Shown: piece by piece, positions 1 through 13,464 of the stretch
Layout of the letters: each line of letters starts with the position of its first letter
How positions within the stretch are numbered: the first letter of the stretch is position 1
Assembly: GCA_028534125.1 (NCBI GenBank)
Contig: CM052818.1
Coordinates: forward strand, 2,110,001 to 2,174,000
Direction of reading: 5' to 3'
DNA length: 64,000 nucleotides
Source of the DNA: Lama glama
Taxonomy: Eukaryota
Made by a program: the position numbers and the translations under genes
The notes under the pieces: model-generated
Databases searched by the model: none
Told to the model about the DNA's origin: nothing
The model's input: the letters and a program-made list of their open reading frames with translations, nothing else

Positions 1-154
1 CCAGAGCCCCAGCCCTGCTCCCAGACTCCTGGCCCCTCCCACTTCCCGCTCCTTCTGACTGCCTGGGCCCTCGCTAGAATGTGAACCCTCTGCCGGCAGG
101 GATTCCTCGGCTCTTGCTCACTGAGGTATCCCAAGGCGTTCAAGCAGGGCCAGC

Positions 155-200
155 ACAATGGAAACACCAATGTTTGTTGAATGAATATATAAATGAATGT
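155..200 (+). mobile_element. L2 LINE 3' terminal relic
   Basis: AATGTTTGTTGAATGAATATATAAATGAATG resembles the L2 3' tail with (TGAA)n. Confidence 0.55.
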
Positions 201-2434
201 GCAGAACCCACTGTAAAAGGGTCGGTGAGAAAGTGGAGCCCATGGATTGATGGGAAACACACAAAAGACACTCTGGGGTGGACGCCTGTGTCTCCCCTCC
301 CTTGCCCCTCACCACAGTCTGCCATCTCTCTCTCCAAAATGTGTCAATCCATCACCCAGAGGACCGCCTCCCTTCACCAGCCCAAGTCCTGTAACTCTCC
401 ACTGCCTGGTGGGCTCCTCTGACCTGCCCCTCTCCCTGGGTGCTCAGTGTCACCATAACCTTGGGGATGGACCCCAGTCCATCAGGCTACAGGCTCACCG
501 TCCACATGGAACTCGCCAGGCCCCATCTGGTGGGTCCGCCCTCCCAGCCTGGGGTATAGGTGTTCAGAGCTCACCCCTGTCCTGGAGGCCATCAGCGGTG
601 GGAGTCCCAGCCGGACCCGGCTCCTAGAAATCTTGTGACTATCGTGGAGGGAGGAGATTTCTCCAGCCTCCCTCACACGTGCATCCCCAGCTCCACTACC
701 CTGACTCTCTCCACACGCTCAGCACCCTCTTCCCCTTGCGGGCTTCCCAGGGGTCCAGACCCAAGGCCATTTCCTGCTGCCTGCATCTACACCACAAGGA
801 GGCTGCTGTCTCTTCCTCCTGGACTGCAGACCCCAGGGAAGGCCAGGACCTTGTGTTCCTCTGCTGCGTTCCAGGCAGAGCACTAGGGGGAGAGATAGGG
901 AGGCCACCTAGGTGGTCTGAGCTCCCAGAACAGCCTGGATTCTTCCCCTCCCCACCCCCCCACTCTGCCCTCCCATCACCTCTCAAGCTTTCTGGCTCTA
1001 AGTTGCCTGAAGGAATCTTGGCCCAAACCTTCACAACCCTTCCTTCCACCTCCTCCCAGGTCACCTCGTCCCCTCTCTCCTGTCAGGGCCCTGAGCAGGC
1101 CCCTGATGACCCTGTCACTCCCCTTCCCTGTCCCTAAAAGGTACCCTGCTGGCTCACTAGAGCCCTAAAGTGTGACCACCCCTTCCGTGGAAGGGCTGTC
1201 ACATCTGCACCGTTCCCTTCACCCAAGCACAGACAGACCCAGAATCCAGGATGGAGACCATGCTCTGGTGAGAAACGGACTGTCCCTTGGGCTGTCCCCT
1301 CAGCCTCACACTGTCCTGTCCTGAACACAATAGATCTCTAACTCTGATCTTCATTTGACCCCAACTGTCCCTTCACAATGACCCCAGGCTCCTCCGGCCA
1401 GCTCTCAAGTACAGAACGTGAAGCACCCGAGAGAGCAGATGCTGGAGGCTTGCAGCCTCAGATCCTGGAGGCTGATCTCCCACAGGTCCCTACTTCAGAG
1501 AAACTCTTCTGCCGTCAGGAAGGGCTCTCTGGCCCTGAACACCTAGAGGCCTGCTTGCATCCTCTCCCCATTTCTCTGTGCCCCACACTGGCTCTGGGGG
1601 AGATCCAAGCCCAAGATGGCAACCCAACAGCGTCAAAATTTGGAGGGCGATGCGTTTACCATGTTCTCAGTTATTCACCCTGTCTTACCTCTGGGTTTAT
1701 TCAAGCACAGTCCCTTCTGCAGCTGTGCTCCTGTCTCAGGCCTCCCTGAGGGCCCTGCTCCCATCCAGCTCTCCTGCGGTCTCCGTGGGCTCCCACCTGG
1801 ATCCCCACCTGCACTCTGAGTCTCTCTTGAGTGTGGACATCACCTCTGTCATACTTCTCTCATCCCGAGAGCCCAGGTGAGCCGAGACTCCACATGCTAA
1901 GTCATGGCTGTCTGTCTGGACGTACCTGGTGGGGCCAGCGTGGCAGGAACCCTGGAGACGGTGACCCCAGCAGTGGCCGGAGTCCCAGATACCTCACTTC
2001 CTCCCCTGATTCTTTCCCAGGGCTGAGTGGGGCACAGAACTTGGTACACAGAGCGGAGACTAAATTCCAAGGACCGCTTTCGAGTTAGAACTCCAGTGGC
2101 GTCTGCCTCTCCATTGCTCGCTAACGAAGCCACCATCAACCAGCATCCCACCTCCCCGCCCCCAATGCACTTCCCCTCAGAAGCCAGGGAGAAGCCAGGG
2201 TACAAATCAGACCCACACCCTCCACGGTCTACACATTTCTGCATGATCTGGACCCTGATGACCCTTCCATCTCCTCTCAAGCAGTGCGTCCCCTTGTTGA
2301 TGACAGCCACGTTGCCTTTCTTCGGGACCTGCCACAAGCCAGCTTCCACGTGCCTCCCTCACAACTGACACAGCTGCTCTTCCCGGCTCACCACGCTTTC
2401 CCCCATCCCCGCTCTCTTCTTCTTGCCAACTTTT

Positions 2435-2610
2435 GCACATCATTCTCATTTCAATGTAAACGGCACTTCTTCAGAAAGGGATGTCTTACCTGACCTTCAG
2501 GTAAAGTCAGTGCCCTGCAGTATGTGCTCCTTATCACCCTTAACATCATGAAATGTCAATAGTCATTCATGTAATCATGTCTCTTTCCCTCAACTAGAAT
2601 AAGCACTTGG
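2435..2610 (+). mobile_element. L2 LINE fragment
   Basis: CACTTCTTCAGAAAGG...CTGACC and TGTCTCTTTCCCTCAACTAGAATAAGC resemble the L2a 3' region. Confidence 0.5.
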
Positions 2611-4279
2611 AGAGTGGGGCCCTGTCTGTGTTGGCTGCAGATAGTGGGCTGACTCAAGGAACTCCAGGCCTTCGTGGGCAAGAGCTGAGACGCCTGTGTC
2701 CCCTTCCCTGTTCTACTGGCGGGTGCAGCCTGCATGCCGGATCGGAGCAGCAAGGAAGGAACCAACCTGGGCTGGAGATGTTCCTCCAAGTGCATTTAGA
2801 CCCGAGCTCCCCCTCGCCTGTACTGTGCCTTTGTGAGATGAGGAAAAGATGCTCCTTCTCCTGGGGAAGGGGTTGCAGCCCAGTGGCAGGGCACAGGCCC
2901 TACCAAGTGAAATCAGATCGTCTGCATTTCACCTCTGACTCACCTGTGCAGCAAGCTCCTTTTTGTAGGATGTGCCCTGATTAAGACCCAGGTCCAAACT
3001 CGGGCTAATGTTCAGGCTAGCTAAACACTGACCCGTGTTCTGAAACTCTGCAGCATTCTCAAGACCTAGTTGGGGCTCAAGAAGTTGTACCCCTCTTTCC
3101 CCACAGGACCCGTGAAGCCTCTCTCAGAGTTGTATTTTGGAGTCTGGCTCTGCCAACATCTCTGGCCTTTCCACCGGCTCTGGCCACTTTCCCAAACCAA
3201 TGATTCACCCTCCCCTACTCTCTTCCTACTTCTGCTGACACCTGTCACGGGCCTTACTAAGAATCACATTTAAGGACAAACCCTGAATAGTCCACAGGGC
3301 TCCCAGCTATGCTCCCGTGATTAGTGACAGCTGGTGGCTGGGGGAACTGGGTCCTATCCTCCAGGGGGAAACATAGGTGTGAATTCCACTAGCAGGGTTC
3401 TGGGAAGCAGCAGAGAAGCCAGCACTGCATCCAACTGGCCAGCAGGCGGGCCCGCTTTGGGTGATAAAACCTCTGCAGCATTCCCAGTCCTCGGCAAGGT
3501 CTGGATGACCGGTCAGGGAGCAGCTGCACTGCAGCTGGGGCAGCCCTGGCCCTCCCCATCCTCCCCACGTCTGACCTCCACATGGCCCTGCAGATCACAC
3601 TGCCCCCCAAGCCAGCAGCCTGTCGTCAGCATCTTCTCTCACTCTCGCCCCATCCTCCACAGCGCATTCTCCCACAGCATCTGGGACAGAGCAAAGGCAC
3701 AGTGGGCTCCTCCCAAGTCAGGTGGCAGGTGACAAGCACTCCAAGCCCCATCAAAACTGAGCCTTTGGCCCTTTGAGACCTTCCCCACACGTTGACACAG
3801 AACTTCAGCCTGGCCATACGACGCTACAGGCATCTCGCTGTCAGGGTCTCTCTCCCCAGCTGCTGGGCGCTCTCCAGGGCCCAGGGAGCATGTTCTTGGA
3901 GCTTCCAGAGACCAAGACTGTGGCTTCTGGCTTAAGGTGGTGTAAGACTTGCCTTCTCTTCCCTCCACCTCTGACAAGCCTATTGTGGGCCTTTTATCGC
4001 ATTCTGCTTTCAAAGATGCAGCTGGCGCTGACAACAGAGGCCCCTCCTTCTCCATCCACTTCTATCCTGGCTCTGGTTCACAGTTCTTGTCAGAAAAGAA
4101 ACTGAAGCCAGGGGTTCTAATCTTCCCAGCTTGTAGAATAAGTTGCTCAGAAAACCTCTCTTATCTTGGGAGCTAGGTTGTGAGTTTATAGTGTAAGGGA
4201 GAAATCCAGTCCAAGAACTTGCTTGCCATCAAGATGCAGATGCATCTTAGCTTGCAACTTACTGGGGTCAAAACTCACC

Positions 4280-4530
4280 TTCAGCACCATGATCATCACC
4301 ACCATGACTATCGTCATGACAACGATGACCACCATTGCCACCATCCAATGAACATCATCACTCTGGTTGTCACCCTCATCTTTATCAGCTTCCCTGTTGT
4401 TTTTACCATGATGACTAGCATCATCACCAACAGTCATTACCACCACCACCACCACCATCACCCCAGTCACCATTACTGCTATTATTAACGTCTCCACCAC
4501 AGCCATCGCCACCGTCCACAAACACCCTCA
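4280..4530. repeat. Degenerate (CAC/CAT)n trinucleotide repeat
   Basis: Runs such as CACCATGATCATCACCACCATGAC and CACCACCACCACCACCATCAC. Confidence 0.85.
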
Positions 4531-4729
4531 TCAATTTCTTTTGTCTCTTTCCTTCTTCTCTGACTTTCCCTGATCTCTAAGGACTGTGACTTTCTTCAGG
4601 GACCCCTTTCTCATCCTCCTCTTCCAGGGACTCTCTCCATTTCTACTGGTCATGGCTTACAAAGCTCTTCAGATTCTATCAGACCCTCAGCCACTTACTT
4701 CTGCTCAGCTACCACCACAGTCAACTGAC

Positions 4730-5245
4730 TCCACCACACACGCTTGCTGAGTGTGGCCATCTGAGGTTGACCAGCTGTCCCACCGGCGTCTCAGGAACTA
4801 CACTCTCAGTCTTAGGAAATGCATCACTCTGCAGAGTGAGTTCTGAGTTCCTAAGCAGCTGCCGAAGGAGCTGAGGGATATAGCCAGGAAGCTCAGGTCA
4901 GTCAGCTGCCTGTGAGATGGACTTTGACAGAGAGAAGATGGGAGCGATCTTCAGATAAAATTCTCTCTCCTGTCCCTTCCTAATGGATTGTTCCAAGGCA
5001 TTCTTTTTCTGTGCAGTTTGTCCAGAGACTTCCTTCCTGGCCGATGGGATGCACCTACGTCTTGATCAATGATGTCTCCACAACTTGTCCAGAAGCCACA
5101 CCGGTGCCAGGCATCTGGCGTTGGTCCCAGCCTTTGCTCCCCTTTTGCCTCACTCTTGCTGCTCTGGATTTGCACCTCCCAAATAAAGCAGTAGCACTTA
5201 AGCCTTGCCTCAGGCTCTATTTTCTAGGGAACCCAAACAAAGACA
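4730..5245 (+). mobile_element. Ancient ERVL solo LTR (LTR33-like)
   Basis: 3' end CCAAATAAAGCAGTAGCACTTAAGCCTTGCCTCAGGCTCTATTTTCTAGGGAACCCAAACAAAGACA plus internal ATGGACTTTGAC...AGATAAAATTCTC. The 5' boundary is approximate. Confidence 0.7.
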
Positions 5246-8200
5246 ACATCTGAAAGGCGTTCATAGCCAAGGATGTGTTAAGAGGAAGCCAAGGACATCA
5301 GGGGACTAAGTGGTTATGCCTCATAGCAAAAGAAACCTCTAGAGTTGACAGATCATTTTTTGCAACGTTAGACATAAGGAAAAAAAAAAAGACCATTTCT
5401 AAGAGGCAATGGCTTGAGGACAATGGTCTAAGAACTCCAGTCCCTGTAATCCCAGGTCCCTGGGGAAAAGACTGGCTTTTTTTTTTTCCCTTTGCCCTGC
5501 CACAAGTGCTCTGAAGCAGGTACAGAAATTCTCAGTTCTGCTAAGTATTAAGATTATTCTCTCACACTTACATCTTTGGTTTCTATCTGAGCCAATGGGC
5601 CTGAAACTTCCCAGGTCAAAAAATCACCTGGCGACCAGGACTTTGACTCTCTCATAGGGCTAGGGTTTTCCAAAAGCCAGAAATATGTGGCTCCCTTTGA
5701 AATCCAGCCCAGGATGACTCGGCTGGTGGTAGCAGAGCCCAGCCATGGGGCTGGGAAGATGCCGCCTGCTCCTCTCTTCCGTGACCGTCTCCACTTCCTC
5801 CAGCTGTGTCCTGCCCACCAGTCTCCTTCCCAGGGTCCAGCTTTCATTAGAGAGCTCACCACCGTCCTCTCCTCAGTCTTCCCTGGCAGAGACTGACCAC
5901 TGAACATGGAAGTGTGCCCACCCCCCATCCCGCCTTTGTCCTTCTTGTGTGTTCATGACACTGGATGAATGAATTTTCAGCATGGTTGGGAGGAAGAGCA
6001 ACACTGGCAAGGAACCCCACAAAGGTACTTACGCAGTAGGAAAATATTTTCATTTGGAGAAGTTCCACTCCACTCTAATTACTTTGCTTTGGGGTTCCCA
6101 GAATTCCCAGCCAACCAGAGAGAGGCCATGCCTTGCTTCAGTCCTCGTATTTCAGGACTGAGACTGAGCCCCATGTCACTCTCCATGCCTGGAAGAGGGC
6201 AGGAGGTCACGCAGCCCCAGCCTCTGACCAAGAGCAGCATCACATCCGCACCTGTCTCCTGAGCAGCTCGCCTGCCTTGAAAGACACGAGTCTAAAACAG
6301 AAACAGAAAATATCACTGGTTGCCCATTTCTTCCCGTGGCCCAACCACTGTTCTAGAAGCTCTCCTTGCAGCTCACCCATGCCCTCCTGGCTGTAGCTCA
6401 AGCCCGTTTCTACCTGCCAATTCGCAGAAGAACTTGGAGCTCTGCTGCGATGCTTTATTCACTGGTTCCAGTTAGCACGGGCATGAGGTTTAGCTGATTC
6501 CATGGAGCGCTGGTCAACATTGAGTTCTGCTTAACACGCAAAAGTCCAAGAGCACTGGATAGGCCAGGCCAGGTTCTGTCCCTTCCCCTGCTTGGCATGC
6601 TTTCACCAGGCACAGCCAGGTCTTTGGTTGCAAGCATCCTCAAAGGCAACTGCGGGGATCCGGTGTGGGCTGCTGGGACCAACCCTAATGTCGTGCAGCA
6701 CCTCTGCAGGGGCAGCCCCTGGGTTCACGGGCCCATCGTGAGATGCAGTCCATCTCCCGATGATATTAAATCACAAAATACAGTGCTCAGGGTGTAGTGA
6801 GACTCTGCGATGCCCTGTCTCTGTTGAAAGCCCCTTGGATCCTATTGGTTTGCAATCAAGGATGGACACTGGGATTCCTCCACTAGGGCCCTCAGTTCTC
6901 CTTTCCAGACTAATGACTACCTTTAGCATAACAACAGCAAGGAAGCCATGGGAAGACCTTGTCTTGGCAAGCAAGACGGCAGGGGAAACGAGAAGGGAAG
7001 GACCATCTGATGAAACTTTAGTATGTAGGTTATCCTTGCAAATACTCAGAATGGCCCAAAGAGGCAGGCTGGCCATCCCAGTCAGTCTCAGAGGTGGTCT
7101 TAGACAAAGCTCCGGTCTCTGCTCTCCTTCTGGAAAGGAAGAGGGAGGGAGAAAGGGAAAGTCTTTGGTATCAGGCACTCCCAGTTCAGCGGCAGCAGTG
7201 GGAATTTCTGCGGGCACCACCCCAGCTCTCAGCCCATCAGGTAAGCTGTTCCATAGCTGTACAGAACAAGACATCCTGTCTCCAGGCAGACTGCAGTGAG
7301 AGCAATTGATTATCTCTTATTCTAAGAAGGCTAACCAGAGGTCCCTATTTCTGTGATGCTCTTGATCGTCCCTTCTGTGTCTGAGCTTCACCCCAGATGC
7401 GGCAGGAATTCCTGGCATCCCATCTAGGTATGACTATGTCCAGAGGAAGGCAAAGGACCTGTCTTCCTGTGTCTCTGTCTGAGGAGTGAGGGATTGTTTT
7501 CTGGAAGCCCCCAACAGACACCCCCCACATCTCCTTCTTACACGATGGGATTATCCGATAACTGGGTTAGAGCAGCCGCAGGGACCCGGCTCCTGGAGCA
7601 TTACAGGCTTTCTCCAAGAGGCCTCTCCTCACTGGCCTGGAGGAGCCCCTCCAAGCCCCAGCCTGCCTGCACCAAGCAGTGTTGGGGGAACACAAAGGAA
7701 GGGCCCCACCGTCATGCCTCAGGGGCTCACGTCCAACATGGGCGCAAGACAAGACAACATAGGTGGGTAAGCGACTGGGCACAACCCCGGCTTCTTCCTT
7801 CCCCGGCTTCAGTCAGTGAGCTCTCGGGAGCTGGACGTGAAGGCCTTAGAGAGAAGGCGGACCTCTCCTAGACCCGCAGGAGTCAGCCTTTCACTGCAGC
7901 CAAGACACAGAGGCAGGAGCGGGCTGGATACACGGGAGACAGTGCAGAACTGAGCAAGTGCGGTAGGAAGAAGGGGACACAAGATTAGGAGGGAAGGGGG
8001 ATGCAGATCTGAAAAGGGGAGGCTTGAGTTTGGACTTGAGCTCAGAGTCAAGGAAATCCAGCAGCTCTCATCCCGGCCCCGGGTCTGGACTGACATCCTA
8101 CCCTCACCCAAACCATATCTACCCCATAAAATGTTCCCTCCAGGTAAGACCCTGGGAGGACATGAGGCGGGGCAGCCAAAGGCCAGCACAGGAGGATGGA

Positions 8201-9239
8201 GGTGGCCCCGGACAGACCATGGAGGCCCCCAGGAAGCTCCTGGCAGGGGAGAGGCACCACGTTCCCTCAGGTCCAAATGATGATACGGCAGAGACAGGAA
8301 AACTGAGGAGAGTGTGCCCCCCACTGGCCAGCCAGGACAGGACCGCTGGGAGTGCAGAGCCCAGGCCAGGCCTGAGAGGCCTTCAGGTCCTAGTTCATTG
8401 CCCCCAGGGGTGGCCCTGCCCTAGAGAAGGACCATGAGCCTCCAGGCCATTTGTCTTCCTGGCCCTGGGAAGGGTCTGCGGGCCTCTCCTTGTCTGGAAT
8501 CTAATTTATGCTCCCACTCCTGCCAGCCGGGCCTTGCCCATGTGGTCAGAGATCCCGGGACAGAACAGCCTTGGTGTGCACACACAAGGCCCTGAGAAGT
8601 CTCTCTCCCTCCTTCGGTATTAGGGTCGGCAAAGTCCCCAAGGATGGCACTTTGAGATGAGAGAAGCGGCTGGTCGTTCAGAGGGCAGGAGTCTGGAAAT
8701 CTCTAAAGGATCTTCTGGGAGAGATCCCAGGAGGGTGGGAGGGGATTTCCTAGCCCAGTGGGTTCCAAAAAGGAGGCTAAAACTCAGGTCTCTCCCAGCC
8801 CAAGTGGGACTGGGGCTCCCTCCACTACTGTGAGAGGCCTTACACATCAGAGGTTGGAGGCCAAGGCCTTCTGGCCTCTGGATTTCCCTCATTCAGGTGT
8901 TCAGGCTTGTAAGAGAACCTAAGAGTTGAATGAGTTCATTCTTTTCTCTTTTACAGGAGAAATCCAGCCTTTTATAAAGGTTTCCCCCGGACCTTCCTCA
9001 TCATAAGGACGTTCCCCATCAACTTCTTTCTTCTTCTTCTTCTCCTAAACCCCTCCTGTTGCAGTTTAAACATCTAGGACAGAGTGAGAAGTCCAACCAA
9101 AGTCCACAGAGGAAGAAAATATGGTCCCCACCTTTGAGAAACCCCCCAGTCTGAATGTTTCTGGCTTAAGAGGCCCGCAGCTTCTGGGAGAGACAGGCTA
9201 TGCCCTCCTCAAAGGAAAGAGGCCTGCAGCAGACAAATA

Positions 9240-9640
9240 TACAAAAAGTAGAGCAGAAATCATAAACACATTTTATTTCTAAATTATTTTAAAACCACTG
9301 GCCTTGTAGCAAATTGGAATATATTTCCAGAATCGACTCAAAGAGATTTTTTTTTTTACAGCAACATATGAAAAATGTCATTTAAATATCCACCAGCAGC
9401 TGCACCACATGTTGGGCTGTTAGGAAAACACGTTCATTCTTTTCATCAAAGTCCTTTGATTAATGTTCCACTTTTCTTTGACACTTTTTCCATAGTTTGG
9501 GAGGAAAAAAAAATCAAAGGCTGTACTATTATCTGGAAGAATATTAAACCGATAAGATTTAAAGTCTGCTATATTCCACGGTCATGGCAAAAAATATCGT
9601 TTAGGCCTTGGGCCAAATGCAAATGAACATTAAGCAGAGG
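9240..9640. promoter_or_regulatory. Candidate Wnt/TCF-responsive enhancer (AT-rich island)
   Basis: ATCAAAG 9445-9451, CTTTGAT 9454-9460, CTTTGAC 9476-9482, ATCAAAG 9513-9519, TGATTAAT 9457-9464 and octamer ATGCAAAT 9617-9624, in sequence I do not recognise as a repeat. Confidence 0.5.
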
Positions 9641-12600
9641 GTACATCCCTGCGGGAGGCTTTTGGGAGGGGTGAGGCTGGGGCAGCCACGGGGAGGGGGG
9701 GCAGAAGGAGCTGGGGACGGGGCAACAGGGAGGAGGGGCTGGCGTGACGTTTTCGCGGCCGCGGCCGGAGGAGGGGAGGCAGGAACAGAGGAGATTTTCC
9801 TGCCTGCGGAGCCCCACAGCGGAGAGAGGGCAGTACCAGCCCTGCCCACCTGCAGCAAGGCCTCCTGTGATGCTGAGATGCTGGGGTTTTTGTGAATGGG
9901 ACGCCCAGGGAGGCAGCCCTGCCTGGGGAAGGGGAAGAGAGAAGGACTGAGTGGGAAAGAGGGAGGGGGAAACAGCAAGAGGAGAGACTGAGCCAGTCGG
10001 AAGCCTAGGCAGATGGAGCGAGGGGAAATCGCAGCGTGTCTGGCACGGCAGCTGATGCCATAATTTAAAGGTCAACTCAGTGGAAAAGGAAGAAAAAAGG
10101 GGGGAGGGAGGATGTGGAAAAGACTACCTCCACAGTGTGCCTCGTAACCCCTCCGGTTCCCGTGCAGCCCTACTTGTCCTTTCCTCTTTACTCGATGTCC
10201 TCTAAGTTCTGGGGTCCCCGTCTTCCTCCCTCCCCCCACCCCCCACTGTGGGCTCTGGAGGCTGCAGACCTAGCTCTGCCTCCTGCCCCCTTTTGTTACC
10301 TCATCAGAGAAGAACCCATGTACCCTCCAGAAACCTCAGTTTCTTCATTCATAAAATGGAGCTGATAAAACCTAATCTCCCCAGTTCATTGCAGAAGTTA
10401 AATTGTATAATGGCATAAATGGTGGGAAAACTCATTAAAAAGGTGCAAATCTTTCTGGGCTTCTCTAAAGCCAGGGGCTTGAATTACTTTTGAGGAGAAA
10501 AAATTCAAGTGTCCCTTTGTTCTAGGAAAGCCATCACTGAGGCAAATAAAAACTGGTAACCATCCTCTGTCCTAAGGTACCCGCTGTCCTTGGAGACAAC
10601 TGGTCACCCTTAGCCTGCCTGCCATAAGGATGACATCTGCTCACTCTCCCATTGTTTTTCACCAGTTTATTTTGTAAACAAGTGTATCTTTTAGCAGAAT
10701 CTCTCTCTCTTCTCTCCTGCCTCCCTTTCTGCCCGTCTCCCTCTTTCTCTCTCTGCTGGCTGAGCTGCTTCTTGGGGAGGAATATGACTTTTCTGTGCAT
10801 GGATTTGGGCTGCTTTGTGCCTATAAATTATGGCAAGTTCTCGAGGCGCTCTGAAGGTTTTTGTTGGAATGGCTTTTTGCCGGAGGGCCGAAGAGGAAAC
10901 CCCAAGGGCTGCAGGAAAGACTGACAGGCGTGGGTTTCAGCTCTAGCTGGGGGAGGCTGTTTAAAGTAACTGGACAGGCCCACAGACTTCCTACTGTGAT
11001 GCTGGTAAAGGAAAAGCCCCAGCTGAATCACTGCGATGCTCTCCTGCCATGCAAGGCCATGGGACCAGCCCACGCTGCCTGCTGTCTCCAGTGGGACAGG
11101 ACACAGGACAGGAGGAGGGCGTGGAGGCAGTTCCTGGGCTCCCAGGCCTAAGGGCACTGGGACAACTCCAGCTGGGCTATAGTGCCCTGGGCTCATGGAT
11201 TGGACCAAGGGCTGACTGGAGCCCCACTGGACCCTTCCTTGCCTTCCATTATCCCCAACTGTTCAATGAGTCTAATTTAAAGTCACAGTCTAAACTTGAC
11301 TGGATTCTGGAGCCACCTCCTGCTCCTCCTACCAAAACATGGCTTTGAAAATCTTTGGTTGGAATGATGGATGTGACCACAGTGGGATGGCTGGTGATGG
11401 GGAAAGTGGTGGGTCCTTCCTCAGAGCCCCATCACTGATTGCAGGTGGCCATGTTCTAAGCCAAGACACTAGAGAAGTGATACCACGTCCCCTGGTCTCT
11501 CGGATGTGACAAAGGCCTCCTCTCCTTTGAACCCGCAGTGACCAAGGTAGGTTTGCACCTAAGCTCGGGTATCTGGTCAGATGGTGGAAGGGGCCCCGGC
11601 AAGGAAGACATTGCCTTGCTTCCTACCTTTCCTCTGTCTTTCCCAGTCTGTGATCCCCTATTCCCTACAATGAAGGCTGAGCCTCTGCTAGAAGGTGGGA
11701 GCCTCTCAGCTCAGGAGAAAACCTGATCTCTGTGTAGGCTGGTTCTGAGTGAGCCCGGACTTGGCAGCGTTGAGTGAGGATATTCAAGAAGAGGTGCCCA
11801 AAGAGGGTCATGGCAGGGAGTGGAGGGTGGGCTTTGCCCTTACGCTTGGTGGGCAGCAAGGAAACTCTAACTTGGGGCCCCTTGCCAGCCTCAGAACTAG
11901 CACAAGGGGGCTCCTACCAAGGCAGGAAGCTCCCTTCATCCACTTGAGGGCTGTGAGAGAACCCTGGGGAGAGCAGCACACCTTCACAGTGACCACCAGG
12001 GGGCTCTGGGGGACCCTACAAGAGCTGCTTCTGGAGGAGAACCTTCAGTGACCCCTGGCCTGGCCTGGCGCCCTAGAGTAAATGACAGAACCTAAAACCG
12101 ACTGGCAGATAGGGAGCTCCCTATCTCTGCAGGTGTGTGATGGAGGCTGAAGGAGTTGTCTTCCAACAGGGGAAAGTCTTTCCCATGCGAAAATTTGACG
12201 TGGGTCCACCCTGCTCCAAGGCCCTGTTGACACGGCCGAGGCCAATCGACACTGTGTTCCCATTAGCTGATCCATACACAGCGCTCCGCCACCAGCCATC
12301 CAAGGGACAGCGAAGGTTCAAACCAACCAAGATCGTGAGAGACAAACACAAGATTCATTCATAGTCTCACCGAAGCCAAATGTAGCTGTTGGCAGTTCTT
12401 TGCAGATAATTAGAGAGACAGCTCGCATTTGCCTAAAATAACTTTGAAAATTGAAGGAATAAAACCTTTAGTTCCAGGGCAAAGGAAACCTGGGGGTTAT
12501 GATATGTCAACACATCATAAACTGAAGAGGAGCCCCAGGGCAGAGGCAGCATCTCCCTGGTTGGGACAGAGGTGTCCCCAGGGCAGAGTCTCTGTCCCCT

Positions 12601-13464
12601 GCTTGACACCACCCGCCACATCAGTCCAGGAAACTCTTCGAGGGTGTTTGAGGGAGCCGATGGGCCCACCTCTCAGGAGCCGAGCTGCTGGCCGGGCTCC
12701 TGGAATGGGTTTGGGGCTGGAATACTGCACCCCTGCAGGGATCCAGATGAGAGGCAGCCTGTGGCAACCCCCAGCTCCCAGCAGCATCTGGTCCTCGCTC
12801 AGCAGCCCTGCCCCAAAGGCCACAAGAGAACGTTATCCCACCCAGAGTGTCTGGCACCCATGCGGCTGCCGGCCCTTCTCTGGTCAGCATTTTCAAGAAC
12901 CAGATGCTCCTGGGACATGAGCCTCCTCTCCCTAGGGAGAGCTCGAGCCACCTGCCTGCAGCCTATGCCTCCTTCCGAGCGAGCAGGTCTCCCTGATCGC
13001 TGGGGTCCCCGGTGCCAACGGTAGCCACATCTCCCTGCCACCCTTGGCTCCATTTCTTCCAGATGCTCAGCGCACTCTCCAGCCTGAGTCATCCCGTGTG
13101 CCAGGCCTCCTCTGGGCAGTGGGGACACAGGAGCAAGCTGCCCGCCGTGGACCTCCTATTCAGGATGCCGACAGCCTCGAGAATCCTCTAGGGCTTTGCC
13201 TTCCAGAGAGCAGTCCCAGATCCCAGATCCTGGTAGAGACCAGAGGCTATGCCTGAGGGGAGGCTATTGGGACAAGAAGGGACAGTCAGAATCAGGCTTG
13301 CCTGGGATGGGGCTGTCAGACTGTTGGAGGGATCAGCCAGGAAGCTGGGAAGCAGGGAGAGAGGGGAGAGGATGCACCAGAGACCCGGCTGGGCTCTGGG
13401 CTTACAGTCTCTGGGAGTCTGGTTGGGCTCAGAGAGGAGACACATTGATCAAACTCACACTGAC

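Noticed and set aside
4186..4521. His-rich and Val/Met-rich ORFs
   Set aside because: These are translations of the (CAC/CAT)n repeat.
6760..7299. Antiparallel 179-aa and 167-aa ORFs
   Set aside because: No recognisable homology or domain in either frame.
9265..9285. Minus-strand AATAAA suggesting a gene 3' end
   Set aside because: No upstream coding exon was found, and AATAAA is expected in an AT-rich island.
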